NCBI GenBank assembly: GCA_964580995.1
Contig: CAZOMV010000014.1
Coordinates: 1,306 to 65,305, forward strand
DNA from: an uncultured Pirellulales bacterium
GTDB taxonomy: Bacteria; Planctomycetota; Phycisphaerae; Sedimentisphaerales; SM23-30
DNA: 64,000 nt
Reading direction: 5' to 3'
Below the pieces are notes generated by a model. That model was not told the DNA's origin, did no database searches, and saw only the letters and a list, made by a program, of their open reading frames with translations. A program made the translations under genes and the position numbers. Below, in pieces: positions 36,733 to 45,890 of this stretch (position 1 is its first letter; each line of letters begins with the position of its first letter).

Positions 36733-37863
36733 TTGTTAACCAGTAAAGAACGGATAACACGAATTCTGAAACGGTTGCCGGTCGATCGGATCGGCCTGTT
36801 CGAGGTATTTTGGGCTGAGACCTCAAAACGCTGGGCCGCTGAGGGCCACTATTCCAATGAGGGCGATGAAAATAAGGGCCTCGGTGCTGAGTTCAAGCGG
36901 CTGCCCCAAACGGTGGAAGATCATTTCCAACTGGACCTGCGCCGCTGCCCGTGTCTCCATATGGTTGCGGACCTGGATTTCGGCGAACCGGTCGTCGAGG
37001 AAACCGAAGATGTGAAAATGATCCGTAACGGCAACGGCGCCCTGCTGCGCTGGCATAAAAAACATTCCGGCGCTCCCGAACATGTCGATTTTATGGTCAA
37101 GGACCGCTCCGGCTGGCAGGAATCCATTCGTGAGCATTTGCTTAACACCGCCGATTACCCCCGCCGGATTGATTTTGACCTCTATCGTCGGATGAAGCAA
37201 AAATGTCAAAAAGAAAGCCTTTTTCTGACCGTCGCCACCAACAGCGTCTTCGAGTGCATGCACCCGGTGTGCGGCCATGAAAACCTGCTGATGGGCATGG
37301 CTCTGGATCCCGACTGGGTCCGCGATATGTGCGATGTCTATGTCCGGGTGATTATCGATTTGCTGGAAATCCTCTTCGACCAGGAAGGCCAGCCGGACGG
37401 TATGTGGTTCTGGGAGGATATGGGATTCAAGGAAAAACCATTCATGTCCCCGGCCATGTATCGGGATTTGCTCTTTCCCGCGCACCGGCGTTTGTTCGAT
37501 TGGGCCCATAGCCGCCAGATGCCCGTTATCGTTCATTCCTGCGGTTTTGTGGAACCGCTGGTGCCCGGCCTGGTCGAAGCCGGCATCGACTGCCTCCAGC
37601 CGATGGAAGTCAAGGCGGGCATGGACCTGCTGCGGCTCAAGAAAAACTTCGGCGACCGCATTGCCTTCATGGGCGGCCTGGACGTCCGCACCCTCATCGC
37701 TAACGATCTGGATGCGGTCCGGGCCGAACTGGAAAAGAAAGTCCCGACCGCCATGCAGGGTAGCGGCTACATCCTCCAGGTGGATCACAGCGTACCCGAT
37801 CAGGTCGATTATAGCACCTACCAATATTTTGTAGAAAAGGGACTCGATATTGGCAGGTATTGA
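36733..37863 (+). CDS. Uroporphyrinogen decarboxylase (URO-D/MtaA-CmuA) fold protein
   Basis: MLTSKERI, G.ENLL, EDMG, MSP.MY, HSCG, EAGIDCLQP.E..AGMD; TTG start with AAGGAG RBS. Confidence 0.9.
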   Translation: MLTSKERITRILKRLPVDRIGLFEVFWAETSKRWAAEGHYSNEGDENKGLGAEFKRLPQTVEDHFQLDLRRCPCLHMVADLDFGEPVVEETEDVKMIRNGNGALLRWHKKHSGAPEHVDFMVKDRSGWQESIREHLLNTADYPRRIDFDLYRRMKQKCQKESLFLTVATNSVFECMHPVCGHENLLMGMALDPDWVRDMCDVYVRVIIDLLEILFDQEGQPDGMWFWEDMGFKEKPFMSPAMYRDLLFPAHRRLFDWAHSRQMPVIVHSCGFVEPLVPGLVEAGIDCLQPMEVKAGMDLLRLKKNFGDRIAFMGGLDVRTLIANDLDAVRAELEKKVPTAMQGSGYILQVDHSVPDQVDYSTYQYFVEKGLDIGRY

Positions 37864-37866
37864 CGG

Positions 37867-38808
37867 TCAATAGTGAACGTACCAACACTGTGGATTTTCC
37901 GGATCATTACATTTCAGCCAGTTATTGACGATAAAGGCAAAGTCCTCCAGGTTGATATAGCAATCATGGTTGAAATCGGTAGGCAGATACTCAGTAAGGT
38001 CCCGGCAGGTGGTGGGCGGCGGCGGCGGGGCCTGGGTTTGATAGAGATAGAGCATTTCGGCGGCTGTCAAGGCGCCGTTCCAGATGGTGATTTCATCGAT
38101 AGTGCCGGCCCAGTGGCGGTCGCCGAATTCGTCCGGCCCCTTGCCGATAACCAGTGGAGCGGAAGCGGTGCTTTCCAGTTCATTCATGGGGACTTTATAG
38201 CCATCCTGCACGCCGTCGAGGTAGAGGGTAATACCCGTCCCGTCATGGGTGGCGGCGACGAGGTGCCAGACATCCTGGCTGACACTGCCGGGGGTGCCGG
38301 TGGTATTGCCGACATAAGTTGGATGTGTAGAATTGGCACACCAGGCCATAACCGCCAGATTGGTGGGAACCATCATGGTCCAGCCGCGGTAATTGGAATT
38401 TAGCACAATGGCCAGATCTTTGCTGATCAGGGTGGCATATGCCTTTTCCATAATCCCGGATGGAATTTGAATCCAGGCGGTCATCGTAATCTGGGGGTAG
38501 CAGTCCAGGCTGGGCGTGTGCAGTATATTAATCCAGTTGGTAGAGCCATCGAAGGTTAAGGCCCCGGAGGGATTTCCGAAACGGTCCGAAGCGGAGGCGG
38601 AATCAAAGGTAAAACCGCCCATCAAATCGCCATGATTGCCATTGGTGGTAGAATCATGGGCGATGCTGCCGGTGGTTTCATCAAAGGTCCAGTAGCCGGC
38701 CAGTTCGTCATCAATGTTCGGGTCCGGCAGTACTGCCTGCACGGCTGCCGGGGCAGGAAATCCGATCAAAACGGCTGCCAACAAAAGGATGCTATTCGCT
38801 ATTTTCAT
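37867..38808 (-). CDS. Secreted LamG-like jellyroll protein with half-dockerin tail
   Basis: YWTFDE..G, WHLVAATHDG, G.IDEI.IWN.ALT; tail DFNHDCYINLEDF...WLKCNDP. Confidence 0.88.
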   Translation of the reverse strand: MKIANSILLLAAVLIGFPAPAAVQAVLPDPNIDDELAGYWTFDETTGSIAHDSTTNGNHGDLMGGFTFDSASASDRFGNPSGALTFDGSTNWINILHTPSLDCYPQITMTAWIQIPSGIMEKAYATLISKDLAIVLNSNYRGWTMMVPTNLAVMAWCANSTHPTYVGNTTGTPGSVSQDVWHLVAATHDGTGITLYLDGVQDGYKVPMNELESTASAPLVIGKGPDEFGDRHWAGTIDEITIWNGALTAAEMLYLYQTQAPPPPPTTCRDLTEYLPTDFNHDCYINLEDFAFIVNNWLKCNDPENPQCWYVHY

Positions 38809-38842
38809 GTTTGTACTCACAAAACTTTTTTGGTTATGCCGG

Positions 38843-41800
38843 TCAAGGCAATTCGGTGCAATCGGAGTCTTCCGGATCATAACACCTCAGCCAATCCTGC
38901 AAAAATATCAGGATGTCCTGCAAATCTACTTTACAATCCTGATTCAAATCTCCGGAAATCGTATAGCCTGCTGCCTGCATTCCTTCACAATTGTCGGGAA
39001 TCAGGATAATGGAGGAACTCAGGTCATATCCGAACAGGTAACTTTGATTGTCGTATATTTTGGCCAGGACATAAACCGCCTGGCTAGCGGCCGGCAGACC
39101 GGTTGACCAGATAAAAGTACCATTTTCGGCAGGGATATTATTCGCGTCGGGGATGGGTTCCAGATGCTGCCACTTCATATCCGTCCAGTACAGATCTACC
39201 CAGCAGGTATCTTTCTCCACATCCGCATACGTCCAGTTAATATAAATTCCCGCCGGGGTTGACAACGGCGTTGTCAGAGCAATGGCCGGATGGGAATTGG
39301 CCGGCGGGGTAAAGGTTTTATTCGCCAGCCAGGTGTTGAGGAGCCAGCTTCGGCGGTTCGCAAAATAGCTTTTGATACTCACATAATCACTGGCATCCAT
39401 TACATAGGGGCCGCCATAACCCAGCAATATTTCTTCCTGGCGGTCAATCAGAGTCCGGTCATACGCCTCATCCAGCAGGGTATTGAATTTTTCTACCGTT
39501 AGATAGTTCGTCAGGACATCGTTTACTATCACTAAGAAGCGATTTTCAAATTCCGGGATCTGATAACAACGCTGCTGCCATTTGTTATAGTAAGTATAAG
39601 GATCGGTATTGTATGCTTGACAAACGATACCACCCACACCCACACTGGCAGTACAGCCGAAGGCATGGGTATAATCGAACGTTCGTAACAGCCACTTCGA
39701 ACCAGCCTCCGCTGGCTTGATCGCAAACCAGTTGTTCCCGATAATATCACTATTAGCCATCCCTACCTGTACCGCCCAGTCATACAGCCAGGCGTCCAGG
39801 TCCACGGTATTCATCATAGCGGTCAGGAGCTGCGCATTCGGTGTATTAGTCACCATGTTGGTCAGGTCTATCATACTGGTAAAGGATCCCAGCGGGTCGC
39901 CTTTTTTCTCATAGATCTTCGGATAGACCTTCGGATCCGAATAGTAATCCAGATCGGAAACCTCATCCTCCGGAGCACTGTAAGGCCAGGTACCCATCGG
40001 CGGACAACTACTGGATTTATACACTTCCCCGGCATCGTTGAAGCCATATTTCTCCAGCCAACTGGTATTCGGGGATTCCTCCGCCAGTTCCACCCCGTAA
40101 AAGGAACCATTCAGATACAATCGAACAATATCCGTCCCTAAATTTTCATGTCCCATAGACCGGGACATATCATGAATTACCTTCTGCATAACCGGCAAAT
40201 GCATCGCCAGATCGAGCCGGTTCATATCCCGCAGGTATTCCGTCTTGTTGAAAGCCACCTTCCAGCTCTTCTTGGGGCCGGTTGCCCAGGCCTGCCCTTT
40301 ATAGTGAATTCCGACATGATCATACACGATGCCATCCACTACCAGCGTCGCGTCATAATATATATGTGTCCGGGGATTTGCATTCAGGGCCTGCAAGGTG
40401 GACTGGGGGGCAATCAGAAAATAGGCCGGCAGATTCGTTTCTTCCTCCCCTTCATACACAAAATAGGCCCGGTTCGGATTGGGTTCATATGAGTCCGGAT
40501 ACCTCCAACTACCGCTGCCATTCGTGGCGGTCACCCAATACCGCACCAGGGATTGGGAACTGCGGGCCGGCAGAATCGCCCCATATTCCCCATCTCCGGC
40601 TACCGCATCGCCATGATTGAGGTCCCCATCATCATACATGGCTACCGAGTCACTGGCCGTTGCAGTCTGGTAGGGCGCCACAAACACTTGATAATCCAGC
40701 ATCACCGATGTTACCGGACTATCACTGGCCACCTCCGCCGTAACGGTTACCGTATCAGTAGAAATAGGCCGCTTCGGACTATGCTTGATCTTCTCTACAT
40801 CCGCCAACGGCGGCAAACCGCTGCTGCTCCGGGAATTTCCCCTACCCGGGGTACCATAATTCAAGGCATATTCATCTCCCACACTCGGATTGGCCGGCGG
40901 TTGAGCCTCTTGCCAACCGCCTTCGGCAATAATGGTGGTTTTTAATCCCTCATACGAAAGACGAAATGTAAGGGTATTGTAGCCGCTGAGATACTTCACC
41001 CAGCAGGAAAGGGTATATTCCTGCCCCGAACTCATAGCGGGAATCACACAATTCAGACTGTTCGAGCTGCTGCCGCCTACACCCGTCGAAACCATATGCT
41101 CGCAACCCGTTCCATCCACCGCATCCAGATTGGTCCGGTAGGTTCCCGCATGATTGCCCGTCTTGCTCCAGCCGCTATCGTCTGGTTCGAACGAGCCGTT
41201 GGGCATGATATCGCCGCCGCCGGCCGAGGGGGTAACTACTATATCGTCCACCAACCATTCCCCCGCCCCGTCAATATAAAAATACAAGGCATTCGATGTA
41301 GCATTTCCCGTGGTTTCAACATATTGCCAAACATGGGTCGGTCCTCCCTCTCTGGAAAATCCGCGCCAGTTCTCCGGCCGGTTATTATCAGCCAACGGAT
41401 CCAGACATTCCAGCGAAACACCCGTCTGATCCGGCCCGATCGGCCAGGGCGGCGTATCATTATAATGGACCGTATCTACCACCACCCCGTTCGCGTTCAG
41501 AAGTGCCAGCCGTTCACCCCCGCCGGACAGGCCGTTACAGGCCGGATTGAAATTACCCACCAGATTACTGATACCATAAATGGAATTAATGGCATCAGAA
41601 TTCTGACAGACTACCAGATAGTGATTCGGCGCCAAAGTGGTCCCGGCGGCAAAAGCAAACAAAACCCCATCTTCATCCTGAAGTTCCCAACCATTTAAAT
41701 CAATCGTTTCTTCGCCCCGATTGAAAAGTTCAATATATTCACCAACCGGATCATCCCCATCGGTCCAGCGGAAACCTCCGGTAAAATAATTGATATACTC

Positions 41801-42889
41801 CATATACCGCATCTTCCGGGGTTCATACATGATTTCCGTAATGGCAATATCGCCACCGCCGGAAAGGGCGGGGGTGTTGGCGGCACCAGGGGTATAAGGC
41901 TGGCCGATCCCCCAGTTGGCTGGGTCGTTGTTGTCGGTATTGAAATCCATCAGTTCCAGGGAGGGACCGAAACCATCCGCCTCGGTTGGCCAGGGGGCCG
42001 TATCTTCGTAATTCACCACATCCACAATCTGCCCCAGGCTATTCTTCAGAACGATCAATTCGCCCGAATTATCCAGCTTGCCGGTATAATAAACGACATA
42101 ATTGCTGATCCCGTAAAAACCCGGCACATTCGGATCCCCGGCTACCACCATATACGCCCCTGCGTTCAAGGTTACGGCTGGGAAGGTATATTCGATGCCA
42201 CCGGCTAATTGCCAGCCGGTCAACGGGATGGCTGAGCCGCTGCGATTGTATAACTCGAGATATTCCCCGCCGGTATTGAGCGTGCCGGGGCTGTACATCA
42301 ACTCCGTGATGACCACATCGCCCAGGCCGGGTGAGGCAGGATGGTTAGCTGTGCCTGGCGTATAGGGCTGGCCGATTCCCCAACTGCTGCCATTATTGTT
42401 ATCCCAGATGGGATCCCATAGCTCCAGCGATGGGCCGTTGCCATCGGCCTCCGAAGGCCAGGGCCAGTTGTCATCGTAGAATACTTCATCGATCACGGTC
42501 CTGCCGGCATTCTTCAGGGCGATCCGCTCTCCGCCGCCGTCCAGCCCGCCGGTATAGGGACCGAAGGCCGTTTCTGCGTCCAGACCATAAAAGGCCAATG
42601 CCGCCGCGTCATCGTAAAACACCAGATACCCGCCCGCCGCGACCGTTGTCCCCGCTGGCAGGGTGAACATGACTTGCGTGGAATCCACCAATTGCCAATT
42701 ACTTACATCGACAGATGTGCTGCCGCGGTTGTAAATTTCGACAAACTCTCCGCCCGTATTGGCAGCGGGCAGATTGTACATAATCTCATTGATTACAATA
42801 TCTGTTTCAACCGCTCCAGCCTGCCTCGCCATTACAGTCCAGACTCCCCCGATTATCAATAGTAGAACCCTTATTTGCCATTTACGCAT
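38843..42889 (-). CDS. Secreted lamin-tail-domain (x3) / CotH kinase-like protein with half-dockerin tail
   Basis: IVINEIMY..EFVEIYN repeats, WP..ADG.G.SLE, DDG..GD..AGDG.Y, VGIHYKG...KKSWKV.F, LYLNG.FYG; start could be 42889-42913. Confidence 0.85.
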   Translation of the reverse strand: MRKWQIRVLLLIIGGVWTVMARQAGAVETDIVINEIMYNLPAANTGGEFVEIYNRGSTSVDVSNWQLVDSTQVMFTLPAGTTVAAGGYLVFYDDAAALAFYGLDAETAFGPYTGGLDGGGERIALKNAGRTVIDEVFYDDNWPWPSEADGNGPSLELWDPIWDNNNGSSWGIGQPYTPGTANHPASPGLGDVVITELMYSPGTLNTGGEYLELYNRSGSAIPLTGWQLAGGIEYTFPAVTLNAGAYMVVAGDPNVPGFYGISNYVVYYTGKLDNSGELIVLKNSLGQIVDVVNYEDTAPWPTEADGFGPSLELMDFNTDNNDPANWGIGQPYTPGAANTPALSGGGDIAITEIMYEPRKMRYMEYINYFTGGFRWTDGDDPVGEYIELFNRGEETIDLNGWELQDEDGVLFAFAAGTTLAPNHYLVVCQNSDAINSIYGISNLVGNFNPACNGLSGGGERLALLNANGVVVDTVHYNDTPPWPIGPDQTGVSLECLDPLADNNRPENWRGFSREGGPTHVWQYVETTGNATSNALYFYIDGAGEWLVDDIVVTPSAGGGDIMPNGSFEPDDSGWSKTGNHAGTYRTNLDAVDGTGCEHMVSTGVGGSSSNSLNCVIPAMSSGQEYTLSCWVKYLSGYNTLTFRLSYEGLKTTIIAEGGWQEAQPPANPSVGDEYALNYGTPGRGNSRSSSGLPPLADVEKIKHSPKRPISTDTVTVTAEVASDSPVTSVMLDYQVFVAPYQTATASDSVAMYDDGDLNHGDAVAGDGEYGAILPARSSQSLVRYWVTATNGSGSWRYPDSYEPNPNRAYFVYEGEEETNLPAYFLIAPQSTLQALNANPRTHIYYDATLVVDGIVYDHVGIHYKGQAWATGPKKSWKVAFNKTEYLRDMNRLDLAMHLPVMQKVIHDMSRSMGHENLGTDIVRLYLNGSFYGVELAEESPNTSWLEKYGFNDAGEVYKSSSCPPMGTWPYSAPEDEVSDLDYYSDPKVYPKIYEKKGDPLGSFTSMIDLTNMVTNTPNAQLLTAMMNTVDLDAWLYDWAVQVGMANSDIIGNNWFAIKPAEAGSKWLLRTFDYTHAFGCTASVGVGGIVCQAYNTDPYTYYNKWQQRCYQIPEFENRFLVIVNDVLTNYLTVEKFNTLLDEAYDRTLIDRQEEILLGYGGPYVMDASDYVSIKSYFANRRSWLLNTWLANKTFTPPANSHPAIALTTPLSTPAGIYINWTYADVEKDTCWVDLYWTDMKWQHLEPIPDANNIPAENGTFIWSTGLPAASQAVYVLAKIYDNQSYLFGYDLSSSIILIPDNCEGMQAAGYTISGDLNQDCKVDLQDILIFLQDWLRCYDPEDSDCTELP

Positions 42890-43020
42890 TGCCTGCATTC
42901 TCCATCTCAGCATTATATTCTAGGCACGGATAAAGTTTTAAACAAATGGTATAATAAAAAGGTTACACAAAAGGATTATATACTATTCTTCATTTTTCTC
43001 GAACCATATTATTCTATTTA

Positions 43021-43056
43021 AAAAACAGCCCCACCACTACTTGCGGTGGGGCTTTG
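43021..43056 (-). terminator. Rho-independent terminator after the PEP-CTERM gene
   Basis: Minus strand AGCCCCACC-9nt-GGTGGGGCT followed by GTTTTT. Confidence 0.8.
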
Positions 43057-43092
43057 GTTTCAGAAAAACTTGCTGTCAAAGAGAGCAGATTA

Positions 43093-43884
43093 TTATCTGC
43101 GTTTCCGCAGCAGCGTCAGAGCACCCAGGCCCAGCAACACCATCGTTGCCGGTTCAGGAATGGTTACACCGTTGGCATAGACATCCGCCACATCATCTGC
43201 GCTCAGGCACACATCCCAAAAGGCCGCTTCATCCATAGCACCATGCAGAGGACGGTCACCAAATTGTGCCGCTTCTGGGGAGTTACCCATCATCAACACG
43301 GCCGTTGCTAAAGCTTGGTTAGGCAGTGCCGTAGGAACCACTACCTGGGTATTATTTACGTAAAGGGCTCCATTGGTACCATCATGGGTATAGGTAAGCA
43401 TCATCCACTCACCCAGTGGCAGGGTTCCGGGGTCGGTAATTCCCGCGCTGCCACCACCCGCGTCCGCATACGTAGCAAACCGAGTGTCGGGATATTCCAC
43501 CATGGCAAATCCTCTATATTGGGCACTGGTATAATTTTCGTTACCCATAAAGGCTCCAATAGCACCGCCACCGAAATCATCCACCTTTACCCAGCACATC
43601 GCTGTCATCGCCGTGTAAGAATTCAAACTCGTACTTGCGGGGACGGTTACGGATGAGCCGGCAGCACCGAATTGCAGGGCATATGTCCCTGCCGCTCGGC
43701 CGGCTACGGAATCGACAGCAAAATCAAGACCTACCAGCGATCCATCGTTGAGACTCATCGTGTCACCGGCGACAGTACCGGTGGTTTCTTCATACTCCCA
43801 ATACGAAACGGGGACCGGAGTTACGGCGTGGGTGACACCGGCTAAAAAGGAAATACAGAATACCAGGAACAACATCTTCTTCAT
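43093..43884 (-). CDS. LamG-domain PEP-CTERM sorted surface protein
   Basis: Signal peptide, LamG, C-terminal IPEPATMVLLGLGALTLLRKRR. Confidence 0.93.
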   Translation of the reverse strand: MKKMLFLVFCISFLAGVTHAVTPVPVSYWEYEETTGTVAGDTMSLNDGSLVGLDFAVDSVAGRAAGTYALQFGAAGSSVTVPASTSLNSYTAMTAMCWVKVDDFGGGAIGAFMGNENYTSAQYRGFAMVEYPDTRFATYADAGGGSAGITDPGTLPLGEWMMLTYTHDGTNGALYVNNTQVVVPTALPNQALATAVLMMGNSPEAAQFGDRPLHGAMDEAAFWDVCLSADDVADVYANGVTIPEPATMVLLGLGALTLLRKRR

Positions 43885-44036
43885 TTTTCATTTCCTCCAT
43901 TGACAAGCTCCTCGCTTTGTCAAATTTAAAAAGAACCATCAAACTAAAAACAAAAATCTACACGTTACACACATAAAGCTTCAACGAAATATTGTTTGTC
44001 TCAATCACCTTCTTTCTTTATTTTTCCAATTTGTTT

Positions 44037-44068
44037 TAACCGGACCGGTGTAGAAACCGGCCCGGTTA
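44037..44068. terminator. Intergenic hairpin (terminator or stabiliser)
   Basis: TAACCGGACCGGT-gtagaa-ACCGGCCCGGTTA. Confidence 0.5.
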
Positions 44069-44091
44069 GACGTTATCATAAATCCTTTTGT

Positions 44092-45807
44092 TTAGGGAAT
44101 ATCCGTACATTCCGGCCGCTGGGGATCGTTACATTTGAGCCAATCTTGGGCGATTACCGCGAAGTCTTCCAGGTTGACATAGCAGTCCTGATTGAAGTCG
44201 GTGGGGAAGAATTTACCGACCTCTTTGCAACCGGGCGGGGGCAGCGGGAAACCGTTTTCATAAACAGACAAGATATTGCCCGGCGTCAGGGCGGCGTTCC
44301 AGATGGCAATTTCATCGACGTCCCCGGTCCAGTGCCGGTCGCCGAATTCATCCGGCCCCTTGCCGATGAACAGTGGAGCGGAAGCAGTGCTCTCCAGGCC
44401 GGTCATGGGGACTTTCAATCCGTCTTGCAGGCCGTCCAGGTACAGGGTGATCCCGGTGCCGTCATGGGTTACGGCAATAAAATGCCATTCGCCGACCGCC
44501 ACCCCGTCGGCGGTGCCCGTAGTATTGCCGACATAGGTCGGATTGGCGGCATTGGCCATCCAGGACATCACGCTTTGATTGGAATGGACCATGATAAGAT
44601 AGGCCCGGTAGTTGCCACCTACTACTACCGCCAGTTCCTTGCTGACCAGTTCGGCGTACGCTTTTTGCGTGCCGGATTTGACCCAGGCGGCGATGGTGAC
44701 CTGGGGGAAGCAATCAATAGTGGTATCATGAGCGACATGGATCCAGTCACTAGATCCGTTGAAGGTCAAGGCTCCGGTCGGATTGCCGAGGCGGCTTGCC
44801 GCGGAACTGCTGTCGAAGGTGAAACCGCCCATCAGCGTGCCATCATTGTCATTACCCGATTTATCTTTGACCACATCCCCGGCGGTTTCCTCGAAGGGCC
44901 AGTAGGCAACCAGGTCCGCGTTAATGTCAGGATCGGGTTCGACCCCCGGGCCGCTGGAAATCGTGGTATCCATGCCATATTTTTCCGTGACATAGGCACG
45001 GACATCATCAAAAGCGGCATTGGGATCGTTCAAAGCGATATAAGCCGGATCCGCCAGGTTATAGACCAGGATTTCCGCAATATCGCCGGTGTGGGCGCCA
45101 TACCAGCCATAGCCTTCCAGATCAATCCAGAGCACCCCGATATCGGAATTCTGGGGCGGTATGTTCGGATCAGAACCGGAATAATACTGGATGGGACTGG
45201 CAGCGGTTTCCGCCACATGACCGGCAAAACCATCTTCCTCATGGAAATTGTACAAATCTTTCTGGTTGGCATCCTTGAGGGTATAGACGGTCAGGTAATT
45301 CCGGTCCGCTTCATAGGGAGCACCCGTAGAGAGTTCGGAAGAACCTGCGTACCACCAGTCGGGAGCGCCGGCCCCGGTGGTGCCAAAAGCATATCCATAT
45401 TGGGTGGCGCCCGAACCATAGGAATAGTTCCCGAAGATTCTCTTGGTAGCGGAGCCGGCATCGTAGCTGGCTACGATAAAGATGTTGAAGCTGGTCAACT
45501 GGGTGGCGGCCGCATTCGTCAGCCGCAGACCGTCATCTCCGTTAAACCGGAGGACCGCATGGCTGCCGTTGGGAAAAGTGGCGGAGGCCAGTTGTGGGTC
45601 GCCGAGCACGCGGTTGGCGTGATTGGCGTGGCCGGACTGATCCTGCCAGACGGAGACACCGCCGGTATCCTGTGTCACCCCGGCATCTGCCTTAAACCAT
45701 ACTACCATACCTGCCGAAGGCGGATTGGTGGCCAGACAGGGGGTTGTCAGGCTCATAAAAACCGCCCCAAACAGGATTGTCAGTAAAATCAAATTTTTCG
45801 TTTTCAT
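44092..45807 (-). CDS. Secreted tandem LamG-like protein with half-dockerin tail
   Basis: Start MKTKNL at 45807; domain B (WFKADAG..WQDQSG..GDIAEILVYN) then domain A (YWPFEE..WHFIAVTHDG); tail WLKCNDP. Confidence 0.88.
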   Translation of the reverse strand: MKTKNLILLTILFGAVFMSLTTPCLATNPPSAGMVVWFKADAGVTQDTGGVSVWQDQSGHANHANRVLGDPQLASATFPNGSHAVLRFNGDDGLRLTNAAATQLTSFNIFIVASYDAGSATKRIFGNYSYGSGATQYGYAFGTTGAGAPDWWYAGSSELSTGAPYEADRNYLTVYTLKDANQKDLYNFHEEDGFAGHVAETAASPIQYYSGSDPNIPPQNSDIGVLWIDLEGYGWYGAHTGDIAEILVYNLADPAYIALNDPNAAFDDVRAYVTEKYGMDTTISSGPGVEPDPDINADLVAYWPFEETAGDVVKDKSGNDNDGTLMGGFTFDSSSAASRLGNPTGALTFNGSSDWIHVAHDTTIDCFPQVTIAAWVKSGTQKAYAELVSKELAVVVGGNYRAYLIMVHSNQSVMSWMANAANPTYVGNTTGTADGVAVGEWHFIAVTHDGTGITLYLDGLQDGLKVPMTGLESTASAPLFIGKGPDEFGDRHWTGDVDEIAIWNAALTPGNILSVYENGFPLPPPGCKEVGKFFPTDFNQDCYVNLEDFAVIAQDWLKCNDPQRPECTDIP

Positions 45808-45890
45808 TAATCTATTCACGTTAAAATCCTCCAAAATAGTATCTATATCCATTATTTTTAACCATATTCCTACCTGTCTTGATCCTTCGA

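Noticed and set aside
41880-42500. Repeated segments in the CotH gene and near-identical LamG stretches as a possible DGR template/variable repeat
   Set aside because: Differences are not adenine-specific, both copies are coding domains, and no reverse transcriptase is present
43996-45786. 596-aa + strand ORF (similarly 5198-6208, 6905-7825, 8903-9850, 20239-21174, 36823-37824, 46131-47030, 51786-53357)
   Set aside because: Antisense shadows of well-supported genes, with no motifs; expected in GC-rich coding DNA
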